Assembly (NCBI GenBank): GCA_027474245.1
Contig: CM049899.1
Location: 1,212,536 to 1,276,535 of the forward strand
Length of the DNA: 64,000 nucleotides
DNA from: Spheniscus humboldti
Taxonomy: Eukaryota
Direction of reading: 5' to 3'
The notes under the pieces were generated by a model. The model had not been told where the DNA came from and ran no database searches. It saw only the letters and a list, made by a program, of their open reading frames with translations. Every line of letters begins with the position of its first letter. Position 1 is the first letter of the stretch. This document shows, piece by piece, positions 28,601 through 41,540 of this stretch. A program made the position numbers and the translations under genes.

Positions 28601-31600
28601 CTTTTCAGCTGGTGTACATATCCAAATAAACTCAAATAGTGTAACTTGCAAAGAGCTATGTCAGCTTAAACTTTATCTGTAGTGCCCTACTGGATAACTG
28701 CAGAGCTGCGGATGCTCAGAAATACTGGGGCACAACTCTTGGCCTGCCTGCAATGTTCCTGGCTCTCTCAGCTATCTGGGCAGAAGTAGAAACTATTCTT
28801 GGTTTTAGAGCAAGACTGACTAGAGTTCAAATTTTCTTTTGCAGACTGACACCCAGAAGCTAAACCAAAACAAGCCACACCTGCGGATGAATGACTGCTA
28901 GGCATGTCCACACCAACAGACCTCTCCCAACACACACTTTGAGCAATTAATACCCCAAGTCAACATTTGAAGTTGAACCTGGCCACAAATTTTAAAACAA
29001 TGTAATTTGGGGGTCAAACTGATGTAAGTCTTTTCTTCTTAAAAAACTCACAAACTGAAAGAAAGAAAACCACACACTCTTCTCTGCTACATTGGATATC
29101 ACATTCCTTCAGTCAAGCTTTTATTGCATTTCAGAAATAGTATAACAAACCCCAACAGAAAATATCTCATCATTGCTTTTTCTCCTTAAAAAGCAACTCT
29201 GACCACCTGACTGCTCATTGCAATCAAAGGAAGATGTGACCTGACCCTTCAAGCATTCTGGATGCGTAGGTGGGACTAAACAGTGTTTGTGAATCAAGAA
29301 CATGCATGCTCCTTGAGACAGGCAGGTCAAGTTTGCCACCAGGTCCCCACATCGGCATTTGCTAACACTGTTCAGCTTCGGGTACAACTGAGCTGCGTTC
29401 AGTTAACGTGAAAGCATCTCCTAGTAACAGCCAGTATCAACCCAAGAACTATAACGTAAATGGAAGAAAACTCAAACTGTGCCCCCTTCTCCTTACGCTG
29501 GGTTAGGATTTGTGACAGGAATTTGATTCCACAGTTTGGAAAAGCTCCACGGTTGCAGCCAAAAGGATCTGGAGCTTCCTGGGTCTCAGAGTAATTCTAG
29601 AGCTAAAGTAGTGATAGGCATCAACTTTAGATCAGATAATACATGCCAACACTCATCACTGACCCAAGGCGGCAACCTCCTCCTGTCCTACCCAAGGGTT
29701 TAAAATGCAACACACTTTCTTCCTAAAACAGGACACTACCTTATTTATTTGTAACACCATTGACAAATTTCTTCCTTGAGATGGGACTAGGGATACATTA
29801 CACAAGCAGTCAAGCCACTGGTTGGAAGCATTGGAGCCTTTTCGGTACTGTTTTATCACCACGGTTGGCATGAGAAGGAAAATGAAGGACACGAGAGATG
29901 GTGAGACATTTAATCTACAATGGAGATAGCTATGGTGAACAAGTAAGGCTGAGACCAAGTCCTTTTTCTCAGGGGAAAAGTACACACCAACTAAATAACT
30001 GCTGAACAGACCAGTATAATTTAAAGTTATACAGGAAAAAAGATTTGAGGAACACAACATAAGAACTGACTACCGCAACACTTCTTTTGTATAGTACTAA
30101 AGTGGAAACACACTACACAAGTGTATGTACTGCATATATATTTTATATAGACATTAATGTCTATATATATTTATATAGACATTATGTATTATAATAGTCA
30201 TATATTTCTGTGCATATAAACACCTATAAAATCCAAACCTTTACTCTTCCTCTGGCCATACACATCTTTCACGTCAATGTACACCAAGAAGAATTCATAA
30301 AATCCAAAAGTAATTATCTACAAGATTCCACTAAAACCTGTAGCTAAGAAATATTTCGGAGAGACCGCCACAAAATTCATGAAGAATGCAGACAAAAATC
30401 ACCAGCAAAGGAACATTAAAAGCACAATGTTCCCAAATCTGAATATATATACACACATTTTTTTGGAGATGAATCCTTAAGTTTTGCCCGTTAGATTATT
30501 TTTTAATAATCTACTGAAATAGTTTTTGCCACTGGTATCAAACAGCACCTGGTTCCCAAGTCTCCAATCATCAAGATCATTAATTGCAAGTAGTTGTTTC
30601 TACAATTACCCTGTTACATTTACCTGGACATGCTGAGGGTTGACAGCAGACAAGAATTGTGACCTGTGCTGGCACTTACTGCACCACTTCTGTACCGACA
30701 TGATCAGATGAATGCCAGAATTTCATCTGTCTTCATTCGGTGCAGCCATCCCATGAGATCCATCGCTGTCCGCCCCCAGGAAACACTGCTCATCCTCAAA
30801 TACTCCGACAGACTGCACCCCTAAGCAGGGCATTATTTTAGTTCTGAATCAGGTAAGCACAGCATCGAAGCAGAGCAATGAAAATGCCTTAGTTAACATT
30901 TACAAAGTTTGCAGCACACCAGGTGTTTTCCATCCCATTAACAACTTAGGACATACTCACCACTCTTGCATATTACGTGCTTTACGCGTGTCTGTGCATA
31001 CGTACTGGCACATGTGCATGCATACCCCTACACTACTACATTTCTTTCCTCCCCTCTACTTTCTAGCACAGAGGTATCAAGCTCAATGTCAAGTTAAACA
31101 CATGCAAGCAGTAAGGCACCAATTCACGTCAGACCATCAGATATTATCTTGGCATCCAAGCTAACACGCACATCACCACCCCGAGTCTCAAAAATAACAA
31201 GACTAACGTTTCATGAAACTTACTGTCAAGTGCCAGAGCTGCCACAATCTGAAGCGGCACTACGAAGGGAATTCTCATGTGCATCTCTCTCTCTCTTCCC
31301 CCCGCCCCCCACTACTGTTTACCTACACTACCCGTAAACATCATTTTCCTGATGCAGTACTTTAACCCACATGTTTTCAGCACAGCAACAACAATCATAA
31401 GCAATAGTGCCTCCAGTTCTTTTGGGGACACTAAAAATAATGCAACTTTTTTTTCCCCCTCCAGACACCAGCGGTTATTGACGTTTCCCACCTCCTGGAA
31501 CCAGAATCCAGTTGTTGTGGGCTACCTCTGGTAACCCACACCTATAAAACCAATGCTAGCTGCACCATTTATCAAGGCGAGCAAGCAAGAAGCAGTGCTG

Positions 31601-32289
31601 TGGCCAGATTCAGTACAGTGTCCTATCAAGGGAGCCATGTGGAAGTACAGCTACAATCTCCCTGTAGATAAAGGAGCAGCAAGAAGGTCGCTTCCCAGGT
31701 CTCAGAGTAATTCTAGAGCAAAACCAAATCATCTTCAGATTTATGCTCAGATAATACATGCCAACACCCATCACAGACCCAGGGGAACTAACAAAGCAGC
31801 CCCCTTTGTACCTCACAGGGGACAGCAGGGCAGGAGAGGAGCAGCTGGGGAGCACACACCCAACCTCTAACTCTCAACAAGGGAGTGAGGGTTGTTACTC
31901 TTAATAAAAGCACAGCTGCGCTGAAATAAGCCCATACTTACACAGTCGCCTTTCCTTGTCCCATACAAAGCTATATGGGCCATGTGTTTCTCCAAAAGTA
32001 ATATGCTTGGCCATCAGGTTTTCTCACCGCGTCCTGTCACGGTGTCACCTTCAAAAAGCACCAACAAAGTGTCAGTTGTGGTGTCAGCTCAGGCGCTTTC
32101 CGTGCCCGAGGGTAATTCGGGCAACTCACCAGCAGTAAGTGCCCGTTTGGACATAGACCTTTCTCCATCCACCCTGACCACGGGGCAGACTTCCCGCCTC
32201 GCTTCCCGGTCTGACGAAACCTCCCCGCGGAAAGGCCTCTAAGAAAACCTCCTGCCGAGGCTGAGGCGAACCACCAGCTCGCCGCTGAC

Positions 32290-32760
32290 CACCCGGACCA
32301 GTCAGAGGCCGAGACCCCGCCGAGGGGTCCGGCCTCCCCAGTCCGGCCCGGCCGTGCTCAGCTGCACTGCCGGGTCCCAACGCACCTCTGGATGTGGAGC
32401 GACCGGGGCCGAAGCCCCCGCGCCGCCCCAGGTCTGCGGAGGCCGGCGGGGCCCTCTCCTCGCCGCGCGGTGCGCAGCACCCACCTCCTCCGCCTCCCGC
32501 GCCGGAAAGAGCGTTCGGCCGCGGGGCGGGGAAGAGGTAGCTCCCGGCAGGACCCCGCTATAGCTGCCCTTGCCGTTCGCCTGACCCGCGCTGGCGGTCG
32601 GGAAGGACCCATCGGTCAGGCGGGAGGCCCTGTGGCAGGGAAGGACCCCGCCCGGAAGCCGGGTCGCCACACTGACCGTCGCGGCTCTGTGGAGAAGCCG
32701 GTCGTAGGGCTCAGCCCCAGAGCAGCTGAGGGCAAGTGCGCTTCCCTTCAGAAATAAACC
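32290..32760. promoter_or_regulatory. Orphan CpG island immediately right of the array end. Candidate promoter, owner gene not identifiable in the window.
   Basis: CpG density is very high (many CGCG and GCGC). No convincing coding exon is found. A consensus donor CTGCTG|GTGAGT lies on the minus strand at about 32126-32137. A TATAAA is present at about 32862. Confidence 0.5.
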
Positions 32761-32924
32761 CCTTTCCTTCCTGATTAAAAGTGGTTACTCCGATTGCGCT
32801 GATAATTACCAACGTTGGACTCTGCCAGACGTGATTCGTGCCGGGTGGGAACACCATTTTCAGACTATAAATGAAAAAATATGTATAATGCTAGCTGGCA
32901 CAGAGCAGTTGAAAATAAGGTTTC

Positions 32925-33050
32925 TTTTTTGGGTTTGTTTTTTCGGGGTGGATGGGTATTTTTTTGGGGGGGGTGTCTGGGGGAGGGTTTGGGGGGTTAT
33001 GGGGGGGCGTTGGGTGTTTTGATGGGGGAGGGGTGTTGAGTGTTTTTTTT
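32925..33050. repeat. G/T-rich low-complexity tract (runs of G4-8 separated by T)
   Basis: ggtttgttttttcggggtggatgggtatttttttggggggggtgtctgggggagggtttggggggttatgggggggcgttgggtg... This is a potential G-quadruplex former on the + strand. Confidence 0.8.
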
Positions 33051-33129
33051 AAATACAGCAAATACTTGTCTAGCAGGTCACAGTATTGATCTTCCCCACA
33101 GGTAAATAAGATGGCTGTTTACAGCCATT

Positions 33130-33890
33130 AAGCACTTTGTTAAGCAATGCAAACGTCGTACCTTGTGACAGGATTTGCACCATCCAGCACTACATTCAGA
33201 GGGTGGGTGACAGGGACCGTAGGGAAGCCAGGCCATTTCAGTGAGCAGCTGCAAATGAATTCACAGGAGGGTTCAGGTGGGAAGGGGCCTTTGGAGATCA
33301 TATAGTCCACCCACCCCTGCTCAAGCAGGACCACCCAAAGCCAGTGTCCCAGGACCATGTCCAGTGGGATTTTGACTGTCTCCAAGGATGGAGACTCCAC
33401 AACCTATCTGGGCAACCTGTACCAGCATTTGACCCATCCTCACAGTAAAAAAAAGTGTGTTTCTTGTGCTCAGGTGGGATTTCATGTGCTTTAATTTGTG
33501 CCCATTGCCTCTTGCCCTGTCAGTGGGCACTACTGAGGAGTGCCTGGCTCCCTCCGCTTCCATCCCATGAGGTGTTCGTGCACATTGATAAGATCCCTCT
33601 GAGCCTTCAACAGGCTAAACAGTCCCAGTTCTCTCATCCTCATGCTCCAGACCCTTTGTCATCGTCGTGGCCCATCCATGGACTCTCTCCAGTATGTCCA
33701 TGCCTTGGACGTGGGGATCCCAGCACTGGACACAGCACTCCAGGTGTGGCCTCACCAGTGTGGAGCGATTTCCCCAAGAAGTCTGGGGAAAGTGCATTCT
33801 CCCAACGCTGAAAGAAGGGCCTATCCAAGGTGGAAAAAAAACCTCACAAAAATTCCTCCTTCTCAGCTGTTCCTGCTGCAAATGTAGTTA
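33130..33890 (-). mobile_element. CR1 LINE 3' fragment (ORF2 C-terminal region), degenerate
   Basis: Minus-strand ORFs (33615-33881, 33321-33563, 33140-33400) translate to LVRPHLECCVQCWDPHVQGMDILERVHGWATTMTKGLEH and DRARGNGHKLK...FFTVRM...VVESPSL. These match the CR1 ORF2 C-terminus seen intact at 58600-59199. Confidence 0.75.
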
Positions 33891-34992
33891 AGTAAGTATA
33901 TATACTGATGGAAAGGAATAATGGGTTTAAATATACTGGATTTGAAATAAACGTGAAGCTGTTAAGTCATTCTTAAGGAAAAGCTACACACTTTCACTTG
34001 AATTATCCTAATGGAACATTTACTTGCTTAGGAAGTGCAGTAGTGAAAGAGGCCATGCTCCCTGAAGCTGATATTCTGTTACTGCTGGATAGTATCTAAA
34101 TCCTTAAGGCACATGCCCAGACAACAGCAACGCAGGCCTTGGTAGGGCTGAGCTGGAAGGGCTGTTTGGGGGCTGTAGCGTAGTGAGACCTGCAGTACAG
34201 CTGCAACGTACTTTAGGCACTGGACAAGTTACCTGAATTACAATTTAAATGATGTGACAAGCAAAATGAATAAAAGCAACCACACCTCTCTGCTTATAAA
34301 TAGTTTTTTATTAGAATGCAGCAATGCCTGTCAGAAATAACATTTTAATCATCTAATTTTACAGTGAAAAAACATTGTGTTGTGAGGTTCTCATTTCTTG
34401 CCCCTTATCGTATTTGTGCTTTTGGAGTAATATCCAAATTGAGAACAGCATTGTTATAACTGAAAATAAGGCAGTTTCCTACTTCTTTCACATGGCATCA
34501 GTTAAAATGAAAACATGTATAAAACTGAATGATCGTACTTCTTTTTTCCCACTATGATTAAAACATATACCCATATTTCTCAAGAACTGTACTTAAGCAA
34601 GACGACTTCTTTATGGATGAATGTTAAGGCACAAGAAAACAAGCATTTTCTTCATAAATGTTAGAGGTTTCTTTGAGGCACAGAGATAAACGCATTGAAT
34701 GACAATTTCTGTCTGCTGGACTCAGGTTAAGTCACAGAAAAGAAGTCCTATTATGCTCTATCTTTTGAAAACAAAAACTAGTTTTTGTTCATACTGACTC
34801 ATGGACACGTGTAAAATATAGATAATCTGCAAGTAGCAATCCAGCCACCATTTGAGAAAAGTAACATCTGTCTGTGTTGTAATTTATGAGAATGTATGTT
34901 TCTGAAAGGTCCAGAAGTCAATATGTATTCACTTTCAATTTTTTTTAAAAGATGCAAGTTTCTGAAGACCACAAAACCACAGTGTTGTCATA

Positions 34993-34998
34993 TTTATT
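34993..34998 (-). terminator. ACADM: Candidate ACADM polyadenylation signal AATAAA (minus strand), about 590 nt past the stop codon
   Basis: tttatt on the + strand at 34993-34998. No other canonical signal was seen nearer the stop codon. Confidence 0.35.
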
Positions 34999-35584
34999 TT
35001 AGCAAGTGGTGACCTAGAGACTGTGTGCTGCAACATGGTATACCTGAGGAAACAGAATTGCTTTTTTAAATTGCCCTGAGATTTATTAATTTGATATCCA
35101 CCCAAACTCCAGTGCTAAAACAGTGGGAGCAAATCTGTGTCATTATAAACAATACAGAAACACCTAAAATCCAATTCCTCGTTACATGCTGAATGCCTTC
35201 ACAGACAAAAAAAAAAAAAAAAATTAAAAGAATCTGAATTTTGTTCACTTTTTTGATCATATAAATTCTACAGGGAAGTGTTTACCTCTTCTCCCACCAA
35301 AAGCCAAAGATTTGAGTGAAAGAGAGTGAGTGCGGAAAGATGACAACCAATCACTTTGGAATTCAGAAATGTTTAGAAAACACCAAGTTTGTTAGTCAGG
35401 AGGAATGAAGTAAGAGAATGGATGGGGAGTACAGAAGTAGTGCTTAATCATGTATGCAATACAAAGATTTTGAAGGCAAAGGGGTTTTTCCACACCTTTC
35501 TAATTGTATTGAGAAATGCACTAACATCCTCTTCCATGAGAACACAGAACACTACAGCAGCACCAGATTGCCTGATACATTTCT

Positions 35585-35656
35585 TTAAGCCTTATATTTG
35601 CCAACATGTTCACGAGCTATGATCATCCTTTGAATCTGAGCAGTTCCCTCATAAAT
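35585..35656 (-). CDS. ACADM: ACADM exon 12 coding part ([23 protein letters not shown], stop TAA at 35587-35585)
   Basis: Acceptor cttttcag. The encoded peptide matches human [23 protein letters not shown] and ends with a stop codon. Confidence 0.9.
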   Translation of the reverse strand: MYEGTAQIQRMIIAREHVGKYKA

Positions 35657-37104
35657 CTGAAAAGAAGAATTAAAATAATGTTAGCTGATCATGTAAAAAA
35701 ATACTTTAACAGATCTTTCTACGCTTGTAAACCTTCATAGCACTAATTCAGTGTGGATTAGGATGTGCAGAAAGACAGAGAAAACTGAAAAAATTCCAGT
35801 GCGACTTGAGTAACTACAGTGGGCTAAATGCAATAAACCACATATAAGATACTGAGAGACAGTCTTGTTCTCTCAGATGCTCTCATCAAAACTCAGTAAG
35901 GTTCTCATGAAATTAACAGACATAGTGGGTGAAGAAGGATGGGGAAAATGTCTTATCTGGGGAAGGAAATACATAATTTACATTTTACAAAGTAGGTTTT
36001 GAAACGGTGGGTGGAGGGGAGGAGGTGACCTGTGCTGAAAGTGTATTTTCTTTGACTAGCCTTTCAACACCATAGCACGTGTTCTCTTTCATCCATTTAC
36101 TGCCTTCAACACACTATTTATTTATTTATTTATTTTTAACCATGTATTCTTGCTTTTTCCTCTAGAAACATTCTGCATCTTCCCTCTGTTCTATTTGGCT
36201 TGCTGGCAGCAAAGCCAGAGATAATAAAATTCTTGGCTAGTGAGAATACTTTTCATTTTTAAGTCAGCTGTAAGAGAAATTTCAACTACCTAGGCTCTTA
36301 AGAATGACAACTGTTATAACTAACATCACAGATCATGGTCCACATGCATATCTTGATATCATCTATTTTGATGTGTTTTATCTAGTCATTATTAATGTCA
36401 GAAAGAGATGAAAAGATAAAGATTACTGGTTTTCCTGAACAGAATTAAATCATTCTTGCTGAATAAAGAACTGTAGCACAGAGAAGAATTATGACATGGA
36501 ATAATTTCTTGGTAATAATACTGCAGAAAAAGATCTGGGGATTATGGGTGACTATGGGCTAAACATGAGTAAATATGAGCACGTTTTGTTTTGTTTTGTT
36601 TTTTTAAAAGGCTAATCACTGCCAGTTGCGCCACACTTCTGTTAATACAACATATGCAAGATAATTAATCCACGATACTCAGTGCTGTTGATATCTCAAC
36701 TGAAGTAATCTGCCCAGCTTATGATACCAAAGTTTCAGACAGAAGGTTTAGAGCACAGCAAGAAGTGATGAAGAGAACAGTATTATACGTAAACCTCTAC
36801 CAATGCCAAAGCAGGCATTGGTATTTTGATCGGTGTTTTCTACAGTGTTTTTTTCTAAAAGTTCAAAAGCTTCAAAATGAAAAGTCCAAGAATTTCAAAG
36901 AGTTACCACATCAGGAAAAACAAAACACCACTAAATTTATTTCTCTTGTGTAGGTTAAGTTGTTGATCTAATACCAAGAGTTTTGTGTGCAAGAATTTGC
37001 CTGATTTGAATGCCCTTTCTTTAAATGGAAGGATTATTGCTCTCATCCTCAAAACTTTTTTTGTATGTGTAAATCATGATTTCAAATAAGTAGCCATTAG
37101 TTTA

Positions 37105-37407
<303 letters not shown>

Positions 37408-38098
37408 CTACGAATGATGAAATAAACTAAGTTAACATTGCCTGCTTAAAATTTTGTGAAATCCAAGAAAAATATAGTCATCTTAATTTCTTAATTTGTG
37501 AATTCAACACACTCAGGAAATTGTACTTGGCGAGTTCTACAGAATTTGGATCAGGCTTTCGTAACTGTATGTTGAATTAGACTTCTAAGTTTTTAACTCT
37601 GAAATCTACTTAGTCACAGGGATTAAGTGTTGAATTATGAAGTTGCGCTTTACTTTTTATGAGATCTGTATTTAGTTTGACGTTTATTGATGTTTCTTTA
37701 AGCATGGTAAGCAGTGTGATTGGCAATGCATTCTATTAGTATTAATACTGAGAGTCTTGTTTCACGTACCTCAGGGAGGTTTTCTCCTTCCCTGAAAATC
37801 CCTGTTCATTAGAATTGAAGGACTTAAGTATGTCCTGACAGTACATGAGTTTCAGGGTTTTGGGCAGAGTTTTCTTTGTGATTTTACTATTACCATCAAT
37901 AAGTTATTGATGAATCCCAGGACTTACTGCATAGCTAGATTTACTTAGATAGTGCTAACCTATATACTTGAAAACCCAAGCAATGGTAGAGGTATAATAA
38001 ATCATGTCCTAAATATCAAGGAACAACCTTGAAAATTAACTAGTAGTGCATCTGGTATGAAAACATAGCTTTTTGATATATTGATTTTTATATATTTA

Positions 38099-38272
<174 letters not shown>

Positions 38273-38276
38273 TTAC

Positions 38277-38417
38277 GGGTGGTCTGGTCTTATCAAAAGC
38301 TCCCATTGCGATTTTAAAGCCAGCTCCCTCAGCTATCAATACATTTTCTTTTGGAACTCTCACATCTTCAAAGACAATACCTCTTGTATCAGAGCAGCGC
38401 TGACCCATATTAATTTC
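38277..38417 (-). CDS. ACADM: ACADM exon 9 ([47 protein letters not shown])
   Basis: Acceptor ttttcag, donor gtaagt. The peptide is visible in the 38229-38528 minus ORF of the track. Confidence 0.9.
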
Positions 38418-39299
38418 CTGAAAAGGGAAATTTACAGAGGTGCAACTAAATTGGATTCTTCCAAGGTACAACACATTTTCATTCTTCAGTTTACTCAAAG
38501 CATAAACAAAGCTCCCCCCCCCAAACACTTCAGTTTTATCTAAAAATCACCATATACACAACAAATACTAGTTTTGCATTTACAGACCAGCATGCCCTTA
38601 ATTTGTCAAAGCTGGGCAGTTTACTTTCTCTGTATGTGAAATTAATTCTGTAGCTTTAATCACTCGTTTGTCTGTTTCTAGTTCAATTACATCCTTCAAG
38701 ATGGGAGAGGAAAAGGTAAAGATTCCAAAATGCAAGCAGAAGTAAAATACAGCTGTACTACAAACAAATAAATGAATGAGATTTTCAAGTTTTCCGATTC
38801 CTTTCCTAGTGTTCAACGTTCAATTTTGCCTGCTACTAAAAATAGTACTTTCTTTGTTTCCTCCCTCCCTTCCCCCCCCCCCAAAAGAGAGCTAGCACCA
38901 ATGTTTCCAAGGCCTATTCCTTGAGCAGGAGTAGCTAAAATTAAAGCACACTGTGTGTTTATGGTTAAAGTTGTCCACCTTGCTTCTTACACTTTCAAGG
39001 CATGCTACTTCACCTTAACTGGCACTTGTCAATTAAATGGTTCTCTAAGATTCTTTTGCAGCTGTGCAAAGTCTTTAGACTATTCAAAATAATTCATTAT
39101 CTGAATTAATAAAATTATAATTATTAAGTATGTCTTATGGATAGTTTCTGTATGCTGTGAAAACGAAAGGATTGTACATGAGCACATGAAAATGTTCAGT
39201 TGCTTAACAGTCTTTTTTCTTTAATGGCAATCTGTTGCATTATTGGTTTAGAAGTGAATAATAATTCCTGGCTTGTCAAATAAGAGATATGGTGTTCAC

Positions 39300-39408
39300 C
39301 TTTCTTCCAATTTGGATTCCAGGGCTATTTGCTTCCACTATGAATCCAGTAAAGGCTTTGCTTGCAGGAGCTTTTGGATCTGGATTGGTACGAGCTAGCA
39401 AAAAATAC
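39300..39408 (-). CDS. ACADM: ACADM exon 8 ((W)[36 protein letters not shown])
   Basis: Acceptor cactag, donor gtgaac (a weaker donor). The encoded peptide matches human [37 protein letters not shown]. Confidence 0.85.
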
Positions 39409-40615
39409 CTAGTGTAAAACAAAGACGAGGGGAGTCAGTTTATCCTCACAATTAATAATCAGATACTTTTTTAGCTAAAAGGTTGAATGTTTTTATGTGT
39501 GCTTGTACCATATAATAGATCTATCAGTAAGTTAACAACCCTTTTTTCTTGTCCCTTCCAAAAATAAACTGAGAGGGAGTGAGGGAGAGGAGTGTCAGTG
39601 CATCTCTTGCCGCAAAAGTCAAGATTTAATAAAATTACTTCAGATCAACATGCAAAAGTTCTCCATCTTTTCCATGTATTGTAAGTCTTAATATTACAAT
39701 CAGCTTCATGAATAGTACAAAAGAAACCTATTCACAGCACATACATAAAAATTATTGCTTAGGAAATACAGTATTCCATGTAAAATGTTATGTTATCCTC
39801 TTGATTTCAAATATCTTAATTTTATTCTTCAAAGCGTAAGTTGTAGGTAAGTTTTTTGTTAGAAATTAAACAGTTGTAAATCACATTTATGGTGTTCAGT
39901 AACAACAAAAGATAGCCAGTAGATTCTCTTTGATGGTTATGCCTTGAACAAGGAAATAAATAATAAGAAAATTCAACTTTATACATAAATGTATAAAGTT
40001 TTTCCTCTTGAATTAAAAAGAATTTACGTGTTGGGGATGAGCATGATCTTATGTGAGACATGATGAAAGAGTTCTATATTGTAAAGCATGTTCCATAGAC
40101 ACTACAGCAAAATCTGGATTCTTTGACACTTGGAAAATTTCTTCCCCTTAAGAATATAAAATGTAACACCACAATCCTAGACCTTTTCTGTCTTCACTAG
40201 AAGTGAGAGATGTTTCCAGTAGAATCTGAAGCAACTGATCTCGGTCACCACACCCACAAAGCAAGATCACTTGTAATATAAGCCTCTTGAGTACTTTGCA
40301 AGTTGACTCTTACTGTTGCTGCCCTTCCCTGAAGAGAAAGCAGAATTAATTTTGTTTGATAGCAGCAAAATTTGAGAGGCATTCTTGAATGGAATTGTCA
40401 TGTCATCGCTCAATTTCCTTTCTAGGCATTGCACAGCACTGAGACTGCTTTCTTATACCTTGTCCTGTTAAATTGGGCACAGATTAAAGTGCAGTGTGGT
40501 GAACCATAATAAACGTTCAGATTTGTAAGAGATCTTTAAAGAAACACTAGTATCTAACTTGGAGGGGGACACACCTCCGTTTAGAACACAGTAACAGAAA
40601 ATGTAACGTGAGTCA

Positions 40616-40945
<330 letters not shown>

Positions 40946-41540
40946 TTAACTTTCCTTATAAATCCGTAATAATACTTAAAATTGTCTTTAATGATAAACA
41001 GAACCATTCTGTAACTTTTACTAAAAGTCATCACTTCCTTATGCTTCACAAACTCCGATATGAAAGCTGAGGACCTTTAAAATCTGAAAATAGGAGCAGA
41101 GAGTAACATTCTATGGTTACCGTGCTCTTCATTTTATGAGGCTTAGTTGTTCAGATTTTAATGCATTGCACATGCATCTTTACTTCTTTCTATGTAACAA
41201 GTAGATAATATTTAAGATTCATAAATGCAGTTTAATGCCCACCTGAGTTGAGTTCGTGCTTATATAAACCTTGCATTTTTCTTAAACTCCTACACCTTCT
41301 CTTGAAAGTGAATTAAAAGGTATTCATTTTCAGTAAGTGACTTAGGATGGTTTTCCAGGTAATACCTTCTATTTGCTTATTGAATGCATCTAATTCAATG
41401 TTCCTTGACTTTCAGTAAATGCCACTCTTTATTTACAAACCAAAACAGGCTAAGTTGTGAGTAGATATCAGTGTTTTAAACAAACCAACCTGATTAATAC
41501 AATTTAGGAACAGTCTACAGCGTTCCTAAGTTATACTTAC

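Larger units (their letters stand above)
1..31982. repeat. Head-to-tail tandem array of a 6908-bp unit. Copies are at 1-6908, 6909-13816, 13817-20724 and 20725-27632, with a partial copy at 27633-31982. The array likely extends upstream of the window.
   Basis: Every ORF in the six-frame track recurs at offsets of exactly 6908 bp, for example 358, 7266, 14174, 21082 and 27990. I compared the sequence lines directly and found only about 5 variable sites per unit. The array ends at the LTR empty site at 31982/31983. Confidence 0.95.

Noticed and set aside
1-31982. The regular 6908-bp periodicity as a CRISPR-like or prokaryotic repeat system
   Set aside because: The sequence is vertebrate (spliced ACADM, CR1 LINEs, ERV LTRs). 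The period is kilobase-scale with no short repeat/spacer architecture.
32290-32760. Orphan CpG island as the RABGGTB promoter or exon 1, as expected from synteny with ACADM
   Set aside because: No RABGGTB-like peptide could be found in the island. I spot-checked the unit ORFs and the RMSGIYWGL motif and found no match. I kept the island only as an unassigned candidate promoter.
38598-38816. Minus-strand ORF (72 aa) between ACADM exons 8 and 9
   Set aside because: It has no similarity to ACADM or anything else. The real exons 8 (39300-39408) and 9 (38277-38417) were found with proper splice sites.
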